Positions 42,001-54,014 of a stretch of 64,000 nucleotides of DNA are shown here, one piece after another. The stretch's first letter is position 1. Each line of letters begins with the position of its first letter. Origin of the DNA: Tubulanus polymorphus (taxonomy: Eukaryota; Animalia; Nemertea); the NCBI RefSeq assembly GCF_964204645.1, contig NC_134035.1, forward strand, positions 13,824,686 through 13,888,685, written 5' to 3'. The notes under the pieces were generated by a model. It worked only from the letters and a program-made list of their open reading frames with translations, was not told where the DNA came from and did no database searches. The position numbers were made by a program, and so were the translations under genes.

Positions 42001-45000
42001 TCGGTGGGTTGATGTGAACCTGCTCGCTCTGAATTGCCTCTTTTTAATATAAAATGCTTGGTTTTTATTCAATTCTTTTCACATAAGAATCGTTGAAAGC
42101 GATTTGGACGCTGAGTTTTGACGAACAGAATCGAAAACAGATCGCATCGAATACCGACTGGTTGGAAATATTGGAAACGTGTCGACGAAACGACGACGAT
42201 CGACACGTGAATAGTAAACAACAAATCGTTAAAATCATTAACGGAATTCAATGGACGTTAAACAAATCATCAGCTGAATCGATTAGTAATAAATCAGGTA
42301 GGTGTGAGTGAGGGGGTGGAGGGAAGAGTTCACAGGAGGGTCAGGTCCAGGGAGGCCCGGGGGGTGGGTGGTGGATGAGAGTAGGTCAGGGAGACGCGAG
42401 GGGGCGAAGGAGAGTAGGTCCAGGGAGTCGTGGGGGCGGAGGAGAGTAGGTCCAGAGAGTCGTTGGGTAGGGGCGCACGTATAGGATCACGCAGTTTGGA
42501 TTCAGGGGATTTGGGTGTCGGCAGACTCGCTGCTTCCCAAACGAAGTCGCCATTTTCATCAGAATTGAAAGTTTTGACACTCATCCGCCGGAAATTGCAT
42601 CTCTTCGGAGAGGTGCTGTGTTTATTAAAAATATCTCGATCATTGATTGATGTAATAAGATAAAATCCCACTATTTACAGATTAAAAGAATTTAAAAACC
42701 AGAATTTATTTATTAAATCTAAAGTATATAAAAGACACGACGTTTCGATCTCACCCTAGAGATCATCGTCAGGACGATGATCTCTAGGGTGAGATCGAAA
42801 GTCGTGTCTTATATATATATTTTAGATTTAATAAATAAATTCTTGTTTTTAAATTCTTTTAATCTGTAAATAGTGGGTATTTATCTTATTATCCGTTCAC
42901 CACGTTTGAGTGTGGTCATCGTTCTTGTGATTGATGAAATTTTGGATTTCTTTATCAGAGAATGTCTTCTCATTCATATCTGCGGCCCGTTTCCTAGCGA
43001 CCAGTCATTGATGATCCCCTAGTTGGAGGCCACCGGCGACCAGTCATTGATGATCCCCTAGTTGGAGGTCACCGGCGACCAGTCATTGATGATCCCCCTA
43101 GTGGGAGGCCAGCGGTGACCAGTCATTGATTGGTTAGTAATAAATCGTTGAACTATTAGTATATATATGTATGATCATTGATTTACAGCAGCTGGTGACG
43201 GTAAACATATAATGATCAGTTATCAATGGGCAGACCAGACGACAGTTAAAAATATCAAAAACTATCTGTCGTCTGTGGGATTTAACGTGTGGATTGATAT
43301 AGAACAGATGGGCGGCTCGACACTGGATAGTATGGCGGCCGCCGTGCAGGGCTCAACCTCCTTCTTAATGTGTGTCTCGCATAAATATAAAGACAGTCAA
43401 AACTGTAGAGCAGGTTAGTAGCCAGACAAACATGGACTAACAGTAGTCCGATAAACATGGACTAACAGTAGTCCGATAAACATGGACTAACAGTAGTCCG
43501 ACAAACATGGACTAACAGTAGCCAGACAAACATGGACTAACAGTAGCCAGACAAACATGGACTAACAGTAGCCAGACAAACATGGACTAACAGTAGCCAG
43601 ACAAACATGGACTAACAGTAGTCCGATAAACATGGACTAACAGTAGCCAGACAAACATGGACTAACAGTAGTCCGATAAACATGGACTTACAGTAGTCCG
43701 GCAAACATGGACTAACAGTAGCCAGACAAACATGGACTAACAGTAGTCCGATAAACATGGACTAACAGTAGCCAGACAAACATGGACTAACAGTAGTCCG
43801 ATAAACATGGACTTACAGTAGTCCGGCAAACATGGACTAACAGTAGCCAGACAAACATGGACTAGCAGTAGTCCGATAAACATGGACTAACAGTAGCCAG
43901 ACAACCATGGACTAACAGTAGTCCGATAAACATGGACTAACAGTAGCCAGACAAACATGGACTAACAGTAGTCCGATAAACATGGACTAACAGTAGTCCG
44001 GCAAACATGGACTAACAGTAGCCAGACAAACATGGACTAGCAGTAGTCCGATAAACATGGACTAACAGTAGCCAGACAACCATGGACTAACAGTAGTCCG
44101 ATAAACATGGACTAACAGTAGTCCGACAAACATGGACTAACAGTAGTCCGATAAACATGACCGCTCCTGTATGATAAATACTATGACATCAGTTGATAAT
44201 AAACCATGTGGTCAGTTTTGGCCGGCGGGTGGCAATACCGCGCCTCTATTGCCACAGTCGGTTTCATGTTAGTGTATGAAAAATCCGCTGATGATTTGCA
44301 TTGTGGCAGCACTGTACGGTTCAGTGGGCTTATGGCAACGAGTAGATTGCCACAGCCGGTTTCATGTAGTGTATGAAAAATCCGCTGATGATTTGCATAG
44401 TGGCAGCACTGTACGGTTCAGTGGGCTTATGGCAACGAGTAGAGTGCCACAGCCAGTCTCATGTAGTGTATAAAATATCCGCTAATGATTTGCATAGTGG
44501 CAGCACCGAACGGTACAATCAGTCAGTCCTTGACATAGTGTATGATGTCATAGGGGGAAATATTATTACGAGTCCTTGCGCTGATAAAATAAGAATATGA
44601 ATTGTATATTTTTAAACAGAAGCCCAGTACGCATTTACACTAGGCAGGAGGATCATTCCGTTAATGATGCAACCACACTACAAACCGGACGGCTGGTTAG
44701 GACTTATAATGGGTTCAAAACTTTACTACAATTTCTCAAAACCGAAACATTTCCAACCGAAAATTACAGAACTTGTTTGCGCCTTGAAGAAAATACAGGT
44801 ACACAAACAATCGTGACGTAGGCGTCGACGTTATCAAATACTGTCTAAAAATTTTTGTTCAATTTCTGTGGATTTAAATTCATAGAGTGATGACGTCACG
44901 CGTGGTGGTCAAGGCGACGAAATAACTGCCGAAACTGTTGCACCGGTAACAACAATGAGCGGTAACCAACGGCGACGACAGGACGGGAAACAATACTCGC

Positions 45001-45422
45001 AGGAACAAGTGGATGAGTGGATGTGTGAGAATAATATCAACAAGTAAAAACAATCTGTTTATTTCTGATCTGACAATTTATTATAAGCAATCTGAAATTA
45101 TAAATGATTTTACAAAGTTTTTGTTCAATTCAATTCAAGCAGTTGAAAAATTGATTTCTATTTTTACAGAGAGAAATTTGGTAAATTAACTTCGTCACAT
45201 TTAGCATTTTTAAAGAACATTAAACACGAGGTAAAAATAAGCAAATATCAATCAATATTATTTCACTAATTGAAATCTAGAATTAGATTAATTTGTTGTT
45301 GATATATATTTCAGGCTGCTGAGTTTTATTATAGAACCGTAGAAAGAATCGTACGACAGAAATTATCAGTGGAACAATTGGATGAAATCGTTCAATTCAC
45401 GTCTGCATTAGAACTATTTTAA
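39031..45422 (+). CDS. ARM-repeat / TIR / SAM-like domain protein, ~750 aa. Exons 39031-39288, 39640-40275, 40676-40979, 41535-41648, 42088-42297, 43189-43413, 44620-44798, 44886-45043, 45170-45230, 45315-45422
   Basis: Ten GT-AG exons give one frame (2253 nt). TIR_2-type motifs HIMISYQW, VWIDIEQMGGS, YKDSQNCRAEAQYA, IIPLMMQPHYKPDGWLG. ARM-like segments LALNDTNKRLL and KAIWTLSFDEQNRKQI. SAM-like [11 protein letters not shown]-terminus MGSAAS. Confidence 0.9.
40998..41215. repeat. 15-bp minisatellite
   Basis: Unit accagccccacaaac. Confidence 0.92.
41298..41531. repeat. ~23-bp minisatellite ending at a 3' splice site
   Basis: Unit gttaaacaccgtattttctcgct. The last unit runs into ttag|. Confidence 0.92.
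42644..42936. mobile_element. Inverted (foldback) Penelope-like insertion with back-to-back hammerhead cores
   Basis: 9-bp direct repeat tgattgatg and ~118-bp inverted arms. Minus strand 42734-42772 reads CTGACGA-T-GATCTC(tagggt)GAGATC-GAAACGTC. Confidence 0.75.
43416..44160. repeat. 25-bp minisatellite (~30 copies) starting at a 5' splice site
   Basis: Unit cagtagtccgataaacatggactaa. Confidence 0.95.
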
Positions 45423-45469
45423 ACTGATCAGTCGAAATCATTTCTACTACTATATCTAACTACACAACA

Positions 45470-45700
45470 CTTGATTACATTGTAATTATAACTATTGTAT
45501 TTGAATACATTGTAACTATAAATATTGAATTTGAATACATTGTAATTATAACTATTGTACTTGATTACATTGTAATTATAACTATTGTACTTGAATACAT
45601 TGTAACTATAACTATTGTACTTGAATACATTGTAACTATAACTATTCCATTTGAATACATTGTAATTATAACTATTGTATTTGAATACATTGTAACTATA
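45470..45700. repeat. 30-bp minisatellite just downstream of the TIR gene stop codon
   Basis: Unit ttgaatacattgtaactataactattgtac. Confidence 0.9.
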
Positions 45701-46298
45701 TTGCAACATATGTGAATTTTAACTAATCATAGTTATTTACTTACAATGTATAAACGCGTCATTGTTGAAATGTCATTACAGCTTATATACATGTTTCAAT
45801 TTTAAATGAGTAGTTATAAAGATATCCTGTTTCATATTCAAAGAGCCCTATAAACCAAAGTTCCGCTGTATCAGTTGAACATGTTTCATATATTTTTAAT
45901 AGATAGATTTATGAATTTAATAAATGAATGTTCGTGTCATGTTTTGCATTTGTCGAAACTGTGAGAATAGTCGTACAGTTAATCCTTTACTCATCACACC
46001 CCTAGAATACTGACACCAAAATACAGGGTTCAGTAATTAACAGTTTGGTGTTTAATTGCTACCAATGATTACTATTTACTCATCATTCACACGAAAAAAT
46101 ATTCTATTAATCTAAAGTTAAAATTCTATTAATCTATGTGTTAAATTGGTATCTAAAAATCAGGACTGTGGAACTGGACCGGCCTGTTTCTTTATTAACT
46201 TGTCTTTATATCCTAAAGCTTCGTACTTTACGGAATTGATAACGATTGATTGAATTGAATCGAAATTTAAGACAAATTAGTTCAAATCTTTATCAGAT

Positions 46299-49200
46299 TT
46301 AAGTAAAATACAATTCTTTTGTTAACGCGGAGGCTATCAGCGGCATTTGTTTATTTCCTTCATTGCTTTCGTATTCATACGCGACTTTATTGTTGACTCG
46401 TGTCAAAATTCTTTGAAGGTCTAACTTTTCATCAGTATGGTTCATCTTAGCATAGGTTTCCTTCTTCAAAACGTCACACAGGGCTTGCATAAACCATGAT
46501 CCGTCTTTTTCATTCCTATATGAAACGTATGCTGAGGGAAAAGCGAGAAAATTAATGGCATCCTTTGTACAGAGAAATCAAGGAAGAGAATTTATTTATG
46601 TATATTTCTTCATAAATTGGTAATGTGGTAAAATTGTGAACGATCGACCCTAAGATACCAAAAAGTGTTAATTGTTAATCTGAAATAGATACATTTATTC
46701 TAACCTGGATGAGTTGCGTAGGCGATCAGAACATCAGCATCAGTTGGGATTTTACTGGATACAATAGTAGAACTGTCAACACCAGTGCGGGTTTCAGGAA
46801 GATCTGTACCTGGGTCTTCTTCAACACCCTGACAAGCCTGTCAATATTAAAGAATAAAGAATATGATGATTATTACAGAAAACAGGATGCGATTCTCAGA
46901 TTGAGTGTGAGGTGTTGTCGGGTAGGGTTTGATTTAGGAGCGGGTATGGATTGTAGATACAGGGCACCTGTTTATTGAAATAGTAAGAACTTTTTCACAA
47001 GCTGGATTTAAAACAGGATTCAAACTACAGTATACCTCGCATAGGTCGTATTATTTGGACCAGCAAAAAAAGATCCGAGTTGTCGGATTTTTTACTTTTT
47101 TAGTAGAAAATCTGATATGGCCATAGAAAAATGTCACTGAGTGGAATAAAAATAAAAAATGAAAATTAATGAAACTCATGTGTTTATTTATTTACTACTT
47201 CAACATAATATCCTGGTTATGGTGAAGCCTTTTTTCAGCATCTGAAAGAATTAGTGTAATTTTATACATGATTAATAAATGATCCGACTTTGAGACAACA
47301 ATTTCAATAGATGTTATATTTTGGGACCACACTTTACTCTACGACATAGGCGAGTTTCCGACTAGTGAAATACGACTTTGGGACAGATTTACCTGAAAAT
47401 AAGAAGAAAAAAAACGGGACCGCTGAATGTATACGACTTGTCCGTTTATCCGGCTTTTGCGGATCCGACTTATGCAAGGTTTACTGTAGTTATACTGTGC
47501 CATTTAAACTGAAGGGGGAAAATGAAATATGGATTTTTTCTATCACAGACGTTTTTAAAATGGGGAGAGAACATGTTTAATTATTCCGTGAGTTTTTTTT
47601 TACTACGAAACGTTTAGGAAAGGACTGTATCAAAATGAAAAAGAGAGAGAACGGTAGTCATAATCGTTGAAAAAAAAGAATCCGCATCCTGAAAAACAAA
47701 TCGTACCGTATCCTCGGGCATAAAGGAGAATATACTAAACCAACAAAACCGAAGCCATGACTACCGGCACTTGGCCCGCGGCAAGAGAGCTGGAAACAGG
47801 ATGCAATCAAAAAATAACAGAATCGATAACAAACTAAGTAAAAGCTGTACAATTTAAGAGGTAGGCCTACATGAGTGAGCGTAAGGTTATTCGGCAGCGG
47901 ATACCTGACCAGGGTTACGAAAAGTAACCTCTCAAAAATGTTCAAATCGTTGAACCGCATAACAGCCCCACATGTCTTTTAACTTTAACCAATGTTTTGG
48001 GAACGTCATAAATGTAAAAAGTGCCTATAGATACACGTATAAATCAAATAGGAAGATCATCCAACGTCTATAAAACTTTCCAAAAATAACTGGATTCTGT
48101 CTATCGACGGACAGACGAAAGGTGGACGCAATTATAGCCCTATTAGACTTGACTTTTGGGCTACAAATCAATCCTGGAGAATATTGTATGTCACTTCTTC
48201 AAAATAGCGTTTTTCGATCACAATTTTGTGCTTCAAGTGCCGGGAGCGAAACTGGGGTTCATTTACCTGAATAAAGAATAGTTTTGGTTTCCCGCGTAAA
48301 GCTTCACACTTATCACCCTTGAACGGTGCGACTAGTTCATCAATACCAACAGTTTTTCCATCAGTTCCATACACTTTATTACCTGCGCACCCATGACTAA
48401 GTATTACACAAACAAATGCATCTGATTCTTTATGTATAGGATGTTCAGCCTCTGGAAATAAAAGAATATTCAGATTGTTTGATTTCTTTTTACATTGTCC
48501 CATATTTTGTTTTCCCGTGCGCACGGGAAAACAAAATATGGGACAATGTAAAAAGAATTTATCATGCCGTTCAGAAAATATTTTCATACCAAAATGTTCT
48601 GTTTTCTCGCGCGAGAAAAGCAAAAAGAACGGTGCATTCACGGAGTGTCACGTAAAGGTCGCATGATTTGCCGTAAAATATCTCGGCAGCCGGCGCCGCC
48701 TCGCAACATCACGGTCGACAAAAAAACATAAGTCGCTGTCCTTACTTCACCTAATAAGGAATCCAGTACCGGCTAGCCACGCGAAAGGCTTATTTTTAAC
48801 CGTAGATTCCCAGTAGTATATACCCGATGAAAATATACTAATATACTCTTCGTTCCTATGAAGGTTGTCTATAAAATACTACGTTTTACAAATATGCGTG
48901 GTCCCGGGGTCGTAGCCCTTGGGTTTTGGTGGGGGAGTGTCATCCTAATAGCGGAACTGAATAACGATATTCGCTGAAAATGATGCCGGCAAAGCCGACG
49001 ACATCGCGCGAACGCCGCTGATGGAATCTGGTGTATTTCAATATGTCGATTGTATTTCTTTGGCTATTTGTATTATGTATTCAACGCTCTGTAGTGAGAT
49101 TGTACTGTATTCGAAGCATATTAAATCCTGCAATTGTTATTTGTTACGCGAACTTAAACATTTTTCGCGCTTATGACCAGCACTGTCAGTCTGGTTCTAT

Positions 49201-49942
49201 CTACCCCCTTGTACTTATATCAATTTAGATTGGCTGAATTTTAAACTAAAGTTTGTCTTTTTGAATGCTGTTTGTCTAAATTTTGTATTTTTTATTATTT
49301 ATACGTTTGTTGCAAACCTCACTCACTCGCTTAGTCGTTCTGTCATTATTCTGGTTGTTGATAAATGAGCGTATCGGAACAGTGCATCGTTGTCTTCGTT
49401 TGCCGATGATGATTTAGGACCAGGCTAAACAGCCGCGGCTCCAGGCATATGAAATTCATATGCCTGGAGATGCATTCTAGATGTTTCTGAACTCAATTTT
49501 CAGCGTGCAGTAAGTCAAACGACCTTGAGACGGTGCGGGATCAGAAGGACCAAAGATCTTGATTGAACAGAACATGTGATATCTCAACCCTTTATACATG
49601 GATGGAACACATGCTCACAGTTGAAAACTGAATAAAATAGAAATGAAAATAATACTTGCCTGCCTGCATTATTTCTTTCATTTGCTGCATCTTTTTATTC
49701 CGTATGGGGTTTTGTTTGAATTTTAATTCATTAAACACCTCACACAATTCATCCAAATCTTGCTCAGTGCCACCGCGATTCGAAATTTCAACGTCGTCAA
49801 ATATTTGATTTGATATAATGATAGCGTGGCCTCGTTCTTTATGATCCATCTTGTATTTGTATTTGTATCGGTTGTCGACATCTGGATTGGGTTCACTACT
49901 CCTCGTGTCGGCTGTAGCGGGTTCTGCTGCTGATAAATCCAT
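46299..49942 (-). CDS. Caspase A (peptidase C14A, short prodomain), ~277 aa. Exons 49942-49660, 48451-48267, 46837-46705, 46531-46299
   Basis: [41 protein letters not shown]|[43 protein letters not shown]. The first intron has a GC donor. The start codon is uncertain. Confidence 0.92.
48484..48557. repeat. Perfect 74-bp palindrome with no spacer
   Basis: Checked base by base; centre at 48520/48521. Confidence 0.95.
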
Positions 49943-50534
49943 GATATCGGTTACTTCTATTGGCGACACAAGTTGAAGTTATCGTTGAGAACTTGGCCTT
50001 GGTTGTATGTAACTAACTACCAGCTATTGTGACAAGCTCCAGTGAACTGAAGATCTGTGGCTGGTAGTGAGCTTTATACTTGTTTCTAAATGGACTAGAG
50101 TATGCAAATATTGCGCAGGCGTACTAGTTATATTGACTTTTTAAAATTCTAACTTTTTCGATTTCAAATATTGACTAATGCGCCATCTGTATACGGAAGT
50201 ACAACGAAGAATGAAATAAAATTCAAATAATCTTTATTAGAAACAAAAACAATAGAAATAATTTTCATTGAAAATACGTAAAGATCAAAGATAAAGTAGC
50301 TCTACAGCTGACCCCCAGGCCTATTCATATAGTTCTATAACAAAGTCTCCTTTTGTGATGAAAACATATTTAGCAAGTTTCTCTGAGTTTCGCCTTCAGG
50401 CATCATTGAGACCGCGACCCCAACATTATTATTAATATAATCATTATTAATAATATCATTATATTTTTTGTAATATGCTGTAATCTATGCGCTACTTTTG
50501 TGCTCTGTGCAATGTTATTATAACTTGTGGAGTG

Positions 50535-50565
<31 letters not shown>

Positions 50566-51299
50566 CTAAACTAAACTTAACATTCGCCCCTCAAAGCCCT
50601 CAGGACACAGTTCCAACACATTTCGGCTAATTCCACGTTGAAAACATATTTAGAAAGTTTTTATTTCACAAATAATCAACTTTTTGGTACAAGTCACTGC
50701 CTTCCAGGTTTGACTAAATAGATCTCGCTGTATTCAGCAATGCCACAACCCCTTAGCGCCCCTATGGTGTCAGCGTCCTTCTGACATTGTAAAAAAATTC
50801 ATATTTTGTAACTATGAATGAACTATTCTTTTCCGTTTAAAGTAATGTTAGGAGTTTCGTTCCAAGTTAAACAAACTAGGAATTAATCAGCTTACCCGAG
50901 TGAAAGTGGTTTCCAACCCACCCTTATATACAGATCTACAACGAAATGATTATTTATGTTTCAATTCGGAGCAGTAATAATTTTTTTATTTATATCATTT
51001 AATTCCAAAAGAATCCAATGATCTACGTTGCTCTACGATCCTAGTGTAGCCAACCACCCAGAAATAGGTACATCAGGCACTGAGGTTCTTAGTGAAGGTA
51101 AATGTTGCCAAAAATTAACAAGAAGTCTGGAAAACAGGACAATGGCCGCACCCCCTTTTGACACTTTTTAGAATAACAAAGGCTCCTGTTTCACAGTTCG
51201 AATCCCGGGGAATGACGTGTTGAAAAACAAACACCCGCCGCAATTTCACCTGGATGACAGTGTGATTGTCTCCACAGTGATCTCCGTCGCTCTAACGAC

Positions 51300-52145
51300 C
51301 CTAATGTCTATTTCAACCTGACTTGAGAGCATACAGGGTGGCCTCAGTCAGTTTTGGTAGTACATACCTGATAATAGTCTTATTAGGACCAGAATGCATT
51401 GGCAGTCGACCTAAATCATCATTTTTTAATCCATTTGAAACTGCATTGAAGGATACCCAAAAAATATGCATTGAGAGGGGTTCCTGAGAGAAAAGAGACT
51501 ACATGATTTGAAAGTTTAACAATATATGTCTCCATGCCTACCAACTGAAGTTTGGTGAGTAGGCATGGAAACATATTGTTAAACTTTCAAATCATGGAGT
51601 CACTTCTCTTCATTTAACCCCTTTCAGTGAAGACTTTTTGGATATCCTTCAACAAAGTTTCAAATTGATTAAAAAATGATGATGATTTAGGTCGACTGCC
51701 TGTCCTTGTCCTTGTCCAGTTGAATGAGAGAGAAAATCCTCCATTTTGTGAAATTTCTTGGATTTGAACATTGTTACCATGCCTACGCCACCCTGATTTA
51801 GTTGTTGAGACCCACAAGAAAAATAACTTCATTTCGTAGGCATGGTGACAATGTAAAAATTCAAGAAATTTCACAAAATGGAGGATTTTCTCTCTCATTC
51901 AACTGGACTTAGGGAGTCTTTTTGCCAATCCATCTAATTGGTACAGAACTGGAAATATATCGGATATTCAGTTGTTGTCCGCGATTTTTGGCATTCTGTT
52001 AAGACATAAATGAGGTATGTACCCCAAAAAGTAAGCAAAATATCCCAGAAAAACAGGTCTCATCAATTAATAAATAGACTTTACCAAAAATGAGTGAGCT
52101 AGGCCACCTGGAATGCTCTCAAGTCAGGTTGAAATAGACATTAGT
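51300..52145. mobile_element. Nested foldback / MITE-like structure between the caspases
   Basis: Outer inverted arms (ctaatgtctatttcaacctgacttgagagcat) enclose two internal foldbacks at ~51401-51700 and ~51715-51908. Confidence 0.7.
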
Positions 52146-53641
52146 ATAACCAACTACCCAGACACTCAAATTCGCTGTACAGTTGCCGAATTTGGTCGGC
52201 ATTTTGCCTGTGTTCAAACTGCGATATCTCGGCGAATAAACAACCGATTTTGATAAATAAACTATCTACACTAACCTTATGACGTCCTACGTTCATTATA
52301 TCATTTTGACGATAAATCTGATTTTAGTACGACTAAATTAAAGATACAAAATTGATGCGCTGTTAGGCGATGAGACACGCATCGCTCAAGTTGTCTTGTT
52401 GCTAACGAACTACAGTGTTACAATGCCTAGTTTCAAAGTGAAAAAATGGTGTAATTTTTGCTATTTCTGTATTTATATCGCATCAAGCACGGACTATGAT
52501 GAAGGAACCTCCGAATGAATGTGATAATAAGAAAACTGGTTGTGTGAGGTTGTAAAGAGAGTTTATTTTTCACAATCGGTTTGATGAAACTGGATTTCTA
52601 GTGGTTTAAAGTCACAATGATTGAAAAGTATCCAGAAAATGTCGTTCGTGTCTTAGTGTCTGTGATACATCAGACACTAAGGTTCTTGGTGAAAGTATAT
52701 CCAACCACCCAGACACGTCATTCAAAATTGCTTGACTTTTGCCGACCGGACTCCTATTTTTGTCTGTGTTTAAACTGCGAAATCTCAGCAAATAAACAAC
52801 CGATTTTAATGAATAAACTAAATTCTTTTTATTTTCTTCGATTTTTTTGGGATATTTCGCTAAATTTTTTCAACACATACCTTAAATTGGTCTTAATAGG
52901 ACCAGTGAAACTGCAGTCCATGAGATAAATCGTAGTTTTTTTCATCCATTTTACACTGTATAAAGGATCGGTAAAAAATCCTCAATTTTCTGATGGGGCC
53001 TATGTTGAAATAAAAAATGATCAGCCATTTTTGAAAATTAACAAATGTTTCACGTGTTCCCATACCTACGAACCATGATTTTTGACGATTGAAAATAATT
53101 TCAAATCGTAGGCACGGAAATATATTGTGAATTTGATCTAGGGGTCTCTTTTCTCTGATTCATATGATTAAAAGAAGACTTTTGGCAATGCTTCAGTACA
53201 ATGTAGATAAACGATGGTTCCTCATTTTGTTCCATTTTCACGATACATCTGATTTCAATACGATTAGATTTAAGATACAAATATGATGTTTTTCAAGTTA
53301 TCTTTGTTGCTTAAGTGATCGGGGAAATTCAGTCACATAGGGCTTGCACCTATGTTCCCAAATATTGACTCCTTGCGTTTGCTGTTAAGATCTGATGTCT
53401 AACCCCTTTTAGCTTTGTTTATGGATTTTAGGATGTCTGTTTTGGGGTTATATGGCTTGGATCCTTTCGGATTGTTTGTCCACCCAGTCCTGGCAGTGTG
53501 GCTGTCTCCAGAGTGCTCTACGTTGCTCTACGATCATAGTGTAACCAACAGTGGTACATCAGACACTAAGATTCTTGATGAAAGTGTTTGGTGCGGCGCT
53601 TGGGCAATCCCGGTTTTTCCCCATATCTATATAGGCCCTCA

Positions 53642-53838
<197 letters not shown>

Positions 53839-53842
53839 TCTC

Positions 53843-53965
53843 TCTGGATTTGAATTATAGAATGGTGACGACACTCTTCTTCAAGGCGACGACTCGCAGG
53901 AACAAGTTGATGAGTGGATGTGTGAGAATAATATCAACAAGTAAAAACAATCTGTTTGATTTCTA
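53843..53965 (+). pseudogene. Relic of exon 8 of the ARM-TIR-SAM gene
   Basis: Matches ~44864-45068, including the acceptor and donor (ctcgcaggaacaagt.gatgagtggatgtgtgagaataatatcaacaagtaaaaacaatctgttt), with an internal deletion. Confidence 0.85.
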
Positions 53966-54014
53966 ATTCTGTTTAATTCCATTCTCCCCAGTATATGTAT
54001 ATATACACACATAT

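Noticed and set aside
39031-45422. SARM1 orthologue
   Set aside because: Domain order and TIR motifs differ from SARM1, so no gene symbol is assigned.
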